A model generated the notes under the pieces. That model was given only the letters and a program-made list of their open reading frames with translations. It searched no databases and was not told where the DNA came from. From contig NZ_JHXR01000014.1 of the NCBI RefSeq assembly GCF_000621645.1, positions 136,748 to 168,747 on the forward strand: a DNA stretch of 32,000 bases. Reading direction: 5' to 3'. Positions 8,715 through 16,909 of this stretch are shown here, piece after piece. Within the stretch, counting starts at the first letter, position 1. Each line of letters begins with the position of its first letter. The position numbers and the translations under genes were made by a program. This DNA is from Vibrio cholerae ATCC 14035 (GTDB lineage Bacteria; Pseudomonadota; Gammaproteobacteria; Enterobacterales; Vibrionaceae).

Positions 8715-10154
8715 ATGGACTATCCAGTCATAGCAAAACAACTTCTTGAGAGCTTGGGTGGCAAAAGTAATATCCAAGCACTCGCGCACTGCGCGACTCG
8801 TTTACGCTTAGTGCTTAACGATGAAACGCAAATTAATGAGGGCGTCATTGAATCACTGCAAGGTGTCAAAGGACAATTTAAGGTCGCAGGGCAGTATCAA
8901 ATCATTTTCGGCTCAGGCATTGTCAACCAAGTCTATGCTGAGATGGCGAAATTGACCGGTTTGGTTGAGATGTCAACCAATGATGTCGCTTCCGCGGGTG
9001 CCGAGAAACAGAATTGGGTACAGCGCGCAGTAAAGGGATTGTCCGATATTTTTGTCCCTATCATCCCCGCGATCGTGGCCGGTGGTTTATTGATGGGGCT
9101 GTTCAACGTATTGACTGCACCGGGACTGTTTATTGAAGGCCAATCTTTGATTGATGCCAATCCGGGATTGGCTGATCTCGCGAGCATGATCAACACCTTC
9201 GCGAATGCCCCTTTTGTCTATTTACCCGTATTGTTGGCTTTTTCTGCCTCGCGCAAGTTTGGCGGCAACCCCTTTTTGGGCGCTGCGCTGGGTATGCTGA
9301 TGGTGCATCCCGATCTCTTAAACGGCTGGGGGTTTGGCAGTGCATCCGTATCTGGCACTGTTCCAACTTGGAATATTCTCGGTTTTGAAATCGAAAAAGT
9401 CGGTTATCAAGGCTCGGTATTGCCCGTGCTGGTTTCCACTTACATTCTGGCCAAAATTGAAAATGGCTTACGCAAAATCGTACCGTCCGTACTGGATAAC
9501 TTGCTTACCCCAATGCTGGCGATTTTTATCACGGGTTTTCTGACCTTTACTTTGGTCGGACCGCTAACGCGTGATATCGGCTTCATGTTGGGAGATGCAC
9601 TGAACTGGCTGTACGATTCGGCAGGGTTTGTCGGTGGCGCACTGTTTGGCTTTATCTATGCTCCTTTTGTGATCACTGGGATGCACCATAGCTTTATTGC
9701 GATAGAAACTCAGCTACTTGCCGATATCGTGACTACAGGTGGTACCTTTATTTTCCCTATCGCTGCGATGTCTAACATTGCGCAGGGTGCCGCGGCTTTA
9801 GCTGTGGGTGTGATGACGAAAGAGACCAAACTCAAAGGGGTTGCGATTCCTTCGGGTGTGACCGCGTTGCTGGGGATCACTGAACCTGCCATGTTTGGCG
9901 TGAATTTGAAATTGCGTTATCCGTTTATTGCTGCCATCTGTGGTGCGGCTTTAGCCAGTGCTTTCATCACCTTATTCAATGTAAAAGCCCAAGCGCTAGG
10001 CGCGGCTGGTTTGCCAGGGATCATTTCGATTAATCCACAGCAAATTGGTTACTACATCATGGGTATGGCGATCTCATTTGTGGCCGCCTTTGCGTTGACT
10101 GTCGTGCTTGCGATGCGTGAAAAAAACAAACAAGCGGCTCAGGTCACCGCGTAA
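8715..10154 (+). CDS. scrA: PTS sucrose-specific EIIBC component
   Basis: 479 aa. N-terminal EIIB motif LLESLGGKSNIQALAHCATRLRLVLND with the phospho-cysteine, followed by a polytopic EIIC domain. No EIIA domain is present. Confidence 0.9.
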   Translation: MDYPVIAKQLLESLGGKSNIQALAHCATRLRLVLNDETQINEGVIESLQGVKGQFKVAGQYQIIFGSGIVNQVYAEMAKLTGLVEMSTNDVASAGAEKQNWVQRAVKGLSDIFVPIIPAIVAGGLLMGLFNVLTAPGLFIEGQSLIDANPGLADLASMINTFANAPFVYLPVLLAFSASRKFGGNPFLGAALGMLMVHPDLLNGWGFGSASVSGTVPTWNILGFEIEKVGYQGSVLPVLVSTYILAKIENGLRKIVPSVLDNLLTPMLAIFITGFLTFTLVGPLTRDIGFMLGDALNWLYDSAGFVGGALFGFIYAPFVITGMHHSFIAIETQLLADIVTTGGTFIFPIAAMSNIAQGAAALAVGVMTKETKLKGVAIPSGVTALLGITEPAMFGVNLKLRYPFIAAICGAALASAFITLFNVKAQALGAAGLPGIISINPQQIGYYIMGMAISFVAAFALTVVLAMREKNKQAAQVTA

Positions 10155-10179
10155 CTGCTCCCCCTATCTTGGCTACGCA

Positions 10180-10204
10180 GCCCACTCTTTGAGTGGGCTT
10201 TTTT
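10180..10204 (+). terminator. Rho-independent terminator of scrA
   Basis: Stem GCCCACTC (10180-10187) with GAGTGGGC (10191-10198), 3-nt loop, followed by a T6 tract. Confidence 0.8.
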
Positions 10205-10230
10205 GATAGTTCAATACCAAGGTGAATCTC

Positions 10231-10270
10231 TGAAAGATAGAAAAACGAAAGGAGCGCTTTGGCGCTCCTT
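10231..10270 (-). terminator. Rho-independent terminator of the 145-aa gene
   Basis: Stem AAGGAGCGC (10249-10257) with GCGCTCCTT (10262-10270), loop TTTG. On the minus strand it is followed by TCGTTTTTCTATCTTTCA. Confidence 0.7.
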
Positions 10271-10320
10271 AGTTATCTTTTTGCCTTTCAAACACGAATG
10301 TGCATGAGGGCTAGGTTTAC

Positions 10321-10758
10321 TTACTTAGCAAACACATCTTTGAAGTCACGCTTCAGAATCGGGTCGCGGCGGGCTTTTTTGATCTGCTTAACCATGTCTT
10401 TCACACAGTTGTGTAGCACTTGATCAAGCAGTTGAGCGCGGTACGCGTCTTTATCTTCTTCGCTCATCTCTTTAGGAAGGTTCAGCGTTGGGAACTCTTC
10501 CATCACGTTTAGACCAGCAAATGCTTGGCTTACCGAGATGAGAGCGTGGAACTGTTCAAAGTTATCCAGAATATTTTGCGCGCTCGCTGGCAGTGAATCC
10601 CATGCTTCGCGAACCACTTCTTCAGAGACTTCATGGATTGAAGTCACCATATGGAACATCGCTTCAGGCACCTGATCAAACTCTAGAACCTGACGCAGTT
10701 CAGGAGAGATGGATTCGAGATCCACTTTTGGTGTTTCGGTTTGGTTTGTCTCAGACAT
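10321..10758 (-). CDS. Hypothetical acidic cytoplasmic protein
   Basis: 145-aa ORF, Glu/Asp-rich, with no TM segment or recognisable motif. It has its own terminator and appears monocistronic. I cannot assign a family by eye. Confidence 0.6.
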   Translation of the reverse strand: MSETNQTETPKVDLESISPELRQVLEFDQVPEAMFHMVTSIHEVSEEVVREAWDSLPASAQNILDNFEQFHALISVSQAFAGLNVMEEFPTLNLPKEMSEEDKDAYRAQLLDQVLHNCVKDMVKQIKKARRDPILKRDFKDVFAK

Positions 10759-11029
10759 GGAAAATTCTCATTAGAGTAAAAAACGCCATGCTAAAAACTT
10801 ATCCCAAAATGTCAATACAACAGCGATAAATTGCCGTTTAGAGCACGTTTAACGTTGCTTTTGTCACCAATGCCTTCTTTTATTCTGTCACTTAGCATGA
10901 CGGGAGAGCATAAGGATCTCCATTTTCTTTTCAGAATCTTTTCTTTGTGGCGTTGAGTGCCTGAAATTTTAAATCCACCGATTCGGTCTAGAGTAATAAG
11001 TACAGTGAATGATTGGTTTGGATTGATTT

Positions 11030-11611
11030 ATGGAAGCCGCTTTTAGCGAATGGCTCACCTTGCATAGCTGCTCACCCTTTTGGGTGTTTCTTGGCATCGT
11101 TGTGCTTTCTTATTTATTAGAAGATGTCGCGATCGTTACGGCGGCGGGGCTCGCCAGTCAACAGCTCACGCCCATGCCTTTCGCTTTGCTGGCGATATTT
11201 ATCGGCATCGCAACAGGAGATATTGTGCTTTATTACCTTGGGCGTTACAGCCGTTATTTTCGCGCAATGCGCTACCGATTATTGACCAATCCATATTTTC
11301 GACAGGTCCGTCGCCGCTTATTAGCCAGACCTTTCATTAACCTGTTTACGATTCGTTTTATTCCGGGGCTTCGCACGGTCGGCTATACGTTAAGTGGTTA
11401 TGTCGCTTTGCCGCTGCGGCTATTTACGGCTGCGGTATTGATGGCAACCGCTTTGTGGACGGTGGTCGTGTTTTTCGCCATCTATCAATTAGGCAGTCAG
11501 GCTTGGTTTCAGGCCAGTGAATACCGCTGGTGGTGGCTGTGCTTATTGGTTGTGTTGTTACTCGTTTTTAATCGCGTCTTCAGTGCCAAAATGATTAAGG
11601 AAACCGCATGA
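11030..11611 (+). CDS. DedA / VTT (SNARE-associated) family membrane protein
   Basis: 193 aa with several TM segments. The loop motif FTIRFIPGLRTVGYTLSG is typical of DedA/VTT proteins. Its stop overlaps the next start in an ATGA junction at 11608-11611. Confidence 0.75.
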   Translation: MEAAFSEWLTLHSCSPFWVFLGIVVLSYLLEDVAIVTAAGLASQQLTPMPFALLAIFIGIATGDIVLYYLGRYSRYFRAMRYRLLTNPYFRQVRRRLLARPFINLFTIRFIPGLRTVGYTLSGYVALPLRLFTAAVLMATALWTVVVFFAIYQLGSQAWFQASEYRWWWLCLLVVLLLVFNRVFSAKMIKETA

Positions 11612-12744
11612 CAGTTCTTTCTCCCGTGGCATGTATTGCCGAGCATAAAGTGAATGCGGGTATGCCTCTTTTAGTTGAGGCCGCCAACGAACGGGCGATC
11701 TCGCCTTTTGAATTTCTGCCTAGCTGGTTTTGTTACGCGCCTGTGGTGGTGCAAAGTGTGCTGCTGGGGCTTTATTACCGTGATTTACGTCTGCCTTTGG
11801 TGGCGAATCCCACCATTTATTTAAGCGGTATGGTCGGTGAGTCCAAGCACGATATTTTGAGCCTAGCTGGCGACCAAGCGCGACGTTGGATCTCGCCGTT
11901 TATCACTTGCACGGTAAACGATCTGCCTCTCACCGAACAGGTAAAAGCCATTGAGCAACGTTTACATGACGCAGATTTGCGCTTTCCTTTAGTGGCTAAG
12001 CCCGATCTCGGTTGTCGTGGTGTGGGGGTAAAACTCATCCAATCCCATGAACAACTGAGCGAGTACCTACGCCGTTTTCCTGTCCAAGCGCGTTTTCTTT
12101 TGCAGCAAAAAGCGCCGTATAGCGCTGAAGCGGGGATTTTCTACGTGCGTTTTCCCGGTGACGCGCAGGGGCAAATCATCTCAATGACCTTGAAATACGC
12201 TCCGAGTGTGATGGGGGATGGCGTGCGTACGCTGCGTGAATTGATCCACGCTTGCCCGCGATCTGGACAACTGGCGCACCTCTATTTACCACGCCACCCT
12301 GACAAGCTGGACTGGGTAGTTCCGGACAAACAAGAGTTCCAATTAGCGTTTGCGGGCAGTCACAGCCGGGGTTCGATTTTTCGTAATGGCAATCGCTATA
12401 TCACGCCTGCTTTAGTCGAAAAACTGGATGCAATATTTGACGATTTCCCCGGTTTTCACTACGGCCGACTCGATGTGAAATTTAGCCATATTGATGCGCT
12501 CATGCGTGGTGACTCGTTCACCATTCTTGAGGTCAATGGCGCGAGCAGCGAAGCGACTCATATATGGGATCGCGAAACGCGGCTCGGTGAAATCTTCACT
12601 ACGTTACTTAAGCAATATCGGATTTTGTACGCGATTGGCGCTGAACAGAGAAAACGAGGCCACAAACCGCCAAGTTTGCTCGCTTTATTACGTGCTTGGC
12701 GGCAGGAAAAACAATTGATCCAGCACTATCCAGAGACAGATTAG
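11608..12744 (+). CDS. ATP-grasp family carboxylate-amine ligase, substrate unknown
   Basis: 378 aa. ATP-grasp pattern: FPLVAKPDLGCRGVGVKLIQSHEQL ... LLQQKAP ... GRLDVKF ... FTILEVNGASSEATHIWD. There is an N-terminal hydrophobic stretch WFCYAPVVVQSVLLGLYY. It is translationally coupled to the DedA-like gene. Confidence 0.75.
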   Translation: MTVLSPVACIAEHKVNAGMPLLVEAANERAISPFEFLPSWFCYAPVVVQSVLLGLYYRDLRLPLVANPTIYLSGMVGESKHDILSLAGDQARRWISPFITCTVNDLPLTEQVKAIEQRLHDADLRFPLVAKPDLGCRGVGVKLIQSHEQLSEYLRRFPVQARFLLQQKAPYSAEAGIFYVRFPGDAQGQIISMTLKYAPSVMGDGVRTLRELIHACPRSGQLAHLYLPRHPDKLDWVVPDKQEFQLAFAGSHSRGSIFRNGNRYITPALVEKLDAIFDDFPGFHYGRLDVKFSHIDALMRGDSFTILEVNGASSEATHIWDRETRLGEIFTTLLKQYRILYAIGAEQRKRGHKPPSLLALLRAWRQEKQLIQHYPETD

Positions 12745-12832
12745 CGGAACGCATGAGCGCCGAATGCTCTGGAATAACCATAACCAGATATTACAAAGAC
12801 CGGATATTGAATAAGACATTGAAGGGGATTTT

Positions 12833-13375
12833 ATGCTTGCTGTGACAACCTTAGCGCAACCATACCGATACTCAGCCGCCATTCATGGCTGTTTGGAGAC
12901 ACTAGAACAAGGGCGCGATTTTTTAAACACGATTGGAGACGATCACTACACCTACGTGGCGAAGCCGCATGTGAGCAGCAGTATTGGCCAGCATTTTCGC
13001 CATTGGTTAGACATTTTCCATGCGCTGTGCGCTGCGCCAAACACCGTCGATTACAACCAGCGTCGACGTGGGCATCCGGTTGAGTTGTCTCGCCAAGTGG
13101 CACTTAAGGAGATTGAATCGCTCATCGCATGGTTAGAGTCTGATTTACTACAGTCACCTCAAATGGCCATTGATGTGGTGATGGAAGTGTCTTTATCGCA
13201 AACCGAAAGCTGCACCTTTCATTCAACCTTAGAGCGTGAATTGGCCTTCGCTGCGCTGCATGCGAATCACCATTTTGCGATGGCAAAAGTGGTGACCAGT
13301 TTACTGAACGTGCAAACGCCGAGTGATTTTGGTTTAGCGCCCGCGACCGCCACTTTTTTACGAGGCAATGCCTAA
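12833..13375 (+). CDS. DinB-like (DinB_2/YfiT-type four-helix-bundle, His-triad) protein
   Basis: 180 aa. SSIGQHFRHWLDIFHAL together with C-terminal ALHANHHFAMAKV resembles the metal-binding His pattern of the DinB superfamily. Its TAA stop overlaps the next ATG by 1 nt at 13375. Confidence 0.6.
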   Translation: MLAVTTLAQPYRYSAAIHGCLETLEQGRDFLNTIGDDHYTYVAKPHVSSSIGQHFRHWLDIFHALCAAPNTVDYNQRRRGHPVELSRQVALKEIESLIAWLESDLLQSPQMAIDVVMEVSLSQTESCTFHSTLERELAFAALHANHHFAMAKVVTSLLNVQTPSDFGLAPATATFLRGNA

Positions 13376-14121
13376 TGTGCTCCGTCACTTGGTCTTTGAG
13401 TGACACCGGTTATCAGGTGTTTTTCAATCGCGATGAGCAAAGGAGTCGAGCCTTAGCGCTGCCTCCCGCCATCTATGATCGACAAGGAGTTGCAGTCATG
13501 ATGCCGCTCGATCCGCAAGGTCAGGGCAGTTGGATTAGCCTTAATCAGTTCGGGTTATCGCTGTGTCTGCTTAATAACTATCAAGGCCGAGTGCCAGATG
13601 GGACGCTGATCAGCCGCGGATTGCTGCTCAAATCCCTTGCGGGATCCTCTTCGATTGAACAAATCACGCTTGCGTTTGAAAAATTGGCGTTGTCTCGTTT
13701 TGCTCCCTTCACTCTGCTGGCTTTTGATCCTTTGCTTACTCAACAGCAAGGTGAGGTATTGGCTTATGCGTGGGATGGCGAACAATTTTGCTCAGGCGTG
13801 ACTTCATCACCCCTTTTTTCATCCGGTGTTGCGCTTGACGAAGTGCAGCGCTATCGCACGCAGGTCTATCAACACCTCACTGCCGATGGAGTAACACCGG
13901 AAAAGTTGTTGGCGTTTCACTGCCATCAACACCCACAGTGGCCGCATCTTTCGGTGGCGATGCAGCGAGACGATGCCCATACCGTGAGTTTTACTCACAT
14001 CAAGGTCAGTGATGGACAACTGGGAATGAGTTATTTCTCTGGTCGCCCAACGCAGCTGACAGATCAGATATTGCATCAGCCGCAGTATCCATTTCCTCAA
14101 ATAATATCTTTGGTTTCTTAA
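13375..14121 (+). CDS. NRDE-motif / TANGO2-family protein with an N-terminal Cys2
   Basis: 248 aa. It starts MCSVTW, with the literal family motif FNRDE at residues 17-21. This is the NRDE (DUF833/TANGO2) family, which has an Ntn-hydrolase-like fold and Cys directly after Met. Confidence 0.8.
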   Translation: MCSVTWSLSDTGYQVFFNRDEQRSRALALPPAIYDRQGVAVMMPLDPQGQGSWISLNQFGLSLCLLNNYQGRVPDGTLISRGLLLKSLAGSSSIEQITLAFEKLALSRFAPFTLLAFDPLLTQQQGEVLAYAWDGEQFCSGVTSSPLFSSGVALDEVQRYRTQVYQHLTADGVTPEKLLAFHCHQHPQWPHLSVAMQRDDAHTVSFTHIKVSDGQLGMSYFSGRPTQLTDQILHQPQYPFPQIISLVS

Positions 14122-14131
14122 GGAGTTCGTA

Positions 14132-14578
14132 ATGAAATATTGGTTTGGTTTAATCCTGTTCTTTTTCAGCACATTCACCATGGCGCAAGATCCGATTTAC
14201 ACTGGCACGTTCAGCAATAAAGCGCTGGATGGGTATGACACGGTCGCTTATTTCACCGAAGGCAAACCCGTTAAAGGGGCCGCGCAGTTTAAAACTGAGT
14301 ACCAAGGTGCCGAGTGGTTGTTTGCCTCTCAACAAAACCTCGACGCGTTTTTAGCTGACCCTGAAAAATACGCGCCGCAATATGGTGGCTACTGTGCATG
14401 GGCGGTATCTGAGAAGAAGGATTTCGCGCCTGGTGATCCGCAATACTGGGCCATTGAAGACGGTAAGCTTTATCTGAACTACAACAATAAGATTAAAGGA
14501 TTGTGGGAAAAAGATCGGGCGCATCATATCGCTCAGGGCGACCAAAATTGGCCTGCGCTGATTGGGACAAGCGAATGA
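14132..14578 (+). CDS. Secreted YHS-domain protein
   Basis: 148 aa. Signal peptide MKYWFGLILFFFSTFTMA|QD. The pattern ALDGYDTVAYF ... YQGAEWLFASQQNLDAFLADPEKYAPQYGGYCAWAV is the YHS/TRASH-like pattern. AAGGAG ribosome-binding site at 14120-14125. Confidence 0.7.
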   Translation: MKYWFGLILFFFSTFTMAQDPIYTGTFSNKALDGYDTVAYFTEGKPVKGAAQFKTEYQGAEWLFASQQNLDAFLADPEKYAPQYGGYCAWAVSEKKDFAPGDPQYWAIEDGKLYLNYNNKIKGLWEKDRAHHIAQGDQNWPALIGTSE

Positions 14579-16320
14579 TGCAAACCCAGCCATTTCGATT
14601 GCCGCGCTTCACCCCATTTGGGGTGATAGAAAAGGGGGTAGAGTTAGCGACGGGGCTTAGTCAGCTAGAGCGCTATTACCAACAAAGGCCAACCACGCGT
14701 GATGGTTTTGAGTTTATGCGTTACACCCTTGAAGCGCTCAATGTGCATTACCAAGTGGATAGAGGCCGCGTTGAACAGATCCCCGCGCAAGGGCCTGTGG
14801 TGATTGTGGCCAATCATCCGCTTGGTGCCATTGAAGGGGTGATTTTGGCCGATTTGGTTGGGCAAGTACGCAAAGATGTCAAAGTGCTCGCTAATCAACT
14901 GCTTAAACGCTTACCTGAAATTGAACCTCTGTTCATTGGTGTGGATGTGTTTAATGGCGCGCAGGCGAGTAAAACCAATGCACGAGGTATTCGAGAAGCA
15001 CACCGACATTTAGCGGAAGGTGGCGTACTGATCGTATTTCCCGCCGGTGAAGTTTCGACACCGCAAAAAGAAACCGGACAGTTGAGTGATATTGACTGGA
15101 GTCAATCCGTTGCGAAATTCATTCAGCGTAGCCAAGCGACGTGCGTGCCGATTTATATTTATGGTCGTAACAGCGCGTGGTTTTATCGCGCTGGAAAAAT
15201 TCATCCGCTCTTGCGCACCGCCATGTTAGGTCGAGAGCTTTTGAATAAAAGCGCGAGCACCATTTCCCTATGCATTGGTCAGCCGATTCCTTATGCGGAA
15301 TTAAAAGAGTTCACCAAAGATGAAGATGTGGTCAATTACTTGCGGCTCAATACCTATTTGATGAGCCCGCATGGCCAAGCTGAATCGGCAAAAGTCTCTT
15401 TTACGATTCCGGTAATTGATCCTGTACCTAAAGCAGCTCTCATCGCAGAGCTTGCTCAATTAGATAAGCAAGCCAAGTTATTGGAGCAGGGTGAATTCAC
15501 CGTGTACTGCGTACCTTCAACCCACATTCCACTCATGATGCAAGAAATTGGTCGTGTGCGTGAAATCAGTTTCCGCGCGGTGGGGGAAGGCAGCGGGCAG
15601 GCTTGCGATGTGGATGCGTATGATCACTATTATTGGCAACTGTTCGTTTGGAATCGAGAGCAGAGCGAGCTGGTTGGTGCGTATCGCATGGGCTTGGTCG
15701 ATAAAATTGTCGCAGAAAGAGGGCTGCAAGGCCTCTATTCCCGTAGCTTGTTTCATTACGATCACGCTTTCTTGGCGACCTTAGAGAATGCGATTGAGCT
15801 TGGTCGCTCAGTGGTGGCTGAACAGTATCAACGTAATCTCAACTCATTGCTTTTACTCTGGAAAGGCATTGCGCGTTTCGTAGAATTGAACCCACATTAC
15901 ACCCATTTGTTTGGCCCGGTCAGCATCAGCAATGATTACAGCCCAGCGGCTCGACAACTGATGGCTGCGACTTTATCCATCCATCACTATGATCAACATA
16001 AAGCGGCTTTGGTCAGTCCATCAACCCCTTTGCGTGCCGGAACAGAAGTGTTTTGGCAAAAGAGCTTGCTATCGGCACTCGCCAGTGTCTCTTTGCTCTC
16101 AAAAGTAGTTGCGCGGATGGAGCAGGGCAACGGGCTGCCTGTGTTGCTGCGCCAGTATCTCGGTATGAATGGCAAGTTGGTCTGTTTTAACGTTGATCCT
16201 GCTTTTAACGATGCGTTAGATGGCTTGATTGTGGTGAATTTGAAGCAAGTACCACTGAAAACGTTGGCTAAATACATGGGTAAAGAGGCTGCGCAGCATT
16301 ACCTTTGCTCAGTGACGTAG
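14575..16320 (+). CDS. Two-domain acyltransferase: N-terminal PlsC-type O-acyltransferase plus C-terminal OlsB-like GNAT N-acyltransferase (OlsF-like, 'putative hemolysin' family)
   Basis: Same frame as track ORF 14503..16320. I prefer ATG 14575, which overlaps the YHS stop in an ATGA junction. N-terminal domain: VIVANHPLGAIEGVILADL ... LIVFPAGEVS. C-terminal domain: FRAVGEGSGQACDVDAYDHYYWQLFVWNREQSELVGAYRMGL, typical of OlsB/COG3176 N-acyltransferases. Confidence 0.8.
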   Translation: MMQTQPFRLPRFTPFGVIEKGVELATGLSQLERYYQQRPTTRDGFEFMRYTLEALNVHYQVDRGRVEQIPAQGPVVIVANHPLGAIEGVILADLVGQVRKDVKVLANQLLKRLPEIEPLFIGVDVFNGAQASKTNARGIREAHRHLAEGGVLIVFPAGEVSTPQKETGQLSDIDWSQSVAKFIQRSQATCVPIYIYGRNSAWFYRAGKIHPLLRTAMLGRELLNKSASTISLCIGQPIPYAELKEFTKDEDVVNYLRLNTYLMSPHGQAESAKVSFTIPVIDPVPKAALIAELAQLDKQAKLLEQGEFTVYCVPSTHIPLMMQEIGRVREISFRAVGEGSGQACDVDAYDHYYWQLFVWNREQSELVGAYRMGLVDKIVAERGLQGLYSRSLFHYDHAFLATLENAIELGRSVVAEQYQRNLNSLLLLWKGIARFVELNPHYTHLFGPVSISNDYSPAARQLMAATLSIHHYDQHKAALVSPSTPLRAGTEVFWQKSLLSALASVSLLSKVVARMEQGNGLPVLLRQYLGMNGKLVCFNVDPAFNDALDGLIVVNLKQVPLKTLAKYMGKEAAQHYLCSVT

Positions 16321-16364
16321 CAAAGATAAGACAGCAAAATCCACAGAGTTTGACTATGGTGATT

Positions 16365-16400
16365 GAGAATAGATTCGGTCTCGTGGATTCTCTGTTTTTC
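16365..16400 (+). terminator. Putative terminator after the acyltransferase gene
   Basis: Stem GAGAAT (16365-16370) with ATTCTC (16387-16392), followed by TGTTTTTC. The stem is weak and AT-rich. Confidence 0.4.
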
Positions 16401-16435
16401 TGCGGGATAGGGACAATCAAAATAAAGGTGACATC

Positions 16436-16816
16436 ATGCTCAATAATCCCGTAGGTTGGTTTGAAATTTATGTGAATGATATGGAACGTGCAAAAACGTT
16501 TTATGAGACGGTTTTGAAGGTTTCTTTGGAAGAAATGCCTAATCCAACGTCGATGCCGATTAAAATGCTCACGTTTCCTTCCAATATGGAAAAGTACGGG
16601 GCATCCGGCGCGTTGGTCAAAATGGAAGGCATTTGCGCTGGTGGCGGCGGTACACTGATTTATTTCTCGAGCGACGACTGTGCCGTGGAACAAGAGCGAA
16701 TTGTTGCAGCAGGTGGTCAAATCCATACGCCGAAAATGTCGATCGGCGAGTATGGCTTCATTACTTTAGCGGTCGATACCGAAGGTAATCTGTTTGGTTT
16801 GCATTCGATGCAGTAA
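16436..16816 (+). CDS. VOC-family (glyoxalase/bleomycin-resistance/dioxygenase fold) protein
   Basis: 126 aa. NPVGWFEIYVNDMERAKTFYETVL ... GEYGFITLAVDTEGNLFGLHS is the typical single-module VOC pattern. Confidence 0.8.
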   Translation: MLNNPVGWFEIYVNDMERAKTFYETVLKVSLEEMPNPTSMPIKMLTFPSNMEKYGASGALVKMEGICAGGGGTLIYFSSDDCAVEQERIVAAGGQIHTPKMSIGEYGFITLAVDTEGNLFGLHSMQ

Positions 16817-16843
16817 ATGCAGCAAGCCGCACCATCAAAATAG

Positions 16844-16871
16844 AAAAGAGATGGCATGTGCCATCTCTTTT
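16844..16871. terminator. Bidirectional rho-independent terminator between the VOC gene and the CoA-disulfide reductase gene
   Basis: Near-perfect palindrome AAAAGAGATGGCA / TGCCATCTCTTTT, giving a T-run on both strands. It lies between convergent genes. Confidence 0.75.
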
Positions 16872-16909
16872 GACTTTCTGTGTTCCGATTCTGTCTGGGA
16901 ACCCTAACT

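Noticed and set aside
10861-10891. Two TGTCAC repeats upstream of the DedA-like gene, considered as a Pho box because OlsF-type lipids are phosphate-regulated in some bacteria
   Set aside because: The spacing is 24 bp rather than the 11-bp phasing of Pho boxes. The sequences adjacent to each repeat do not match the second half of the CTGTCAT-N4-CTGTCAT consensus.
13819-14181. 120-aa minus-strand ORF spanning the NRDE/YHS gene junction
   Set aside because: It overlaps two motif-supported plus-strand genes and has no features of its own.
14503-14574. 5' extensions proposed by the ORF track. This one is MGKRSGASYRSG... on the acyltransferase. Similar cases are 200-208, 1009-1056, 4610-4660, 18865-18945, 19777-19782 and 21312-21356.
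   Set aside because: The extensions start at GTG or TTG, or overlap the preceding gene. Internal ATGs with Shine-Dalgarno sequences or ATGA coupling give N-termini that fit the families better. I used the internal starts. The exact starts remain unverified.
16268-16726. 152-aa ORF on the minus strand overlapping the VOC gene and the upstream intergenic region
   Set aside because: It is antisense to a well-supported VOC-fold CDS. It has odd Cys/His/Arg-rich composition, no ribosome-binding site and no recognisable motif. It is a shadow ORF.
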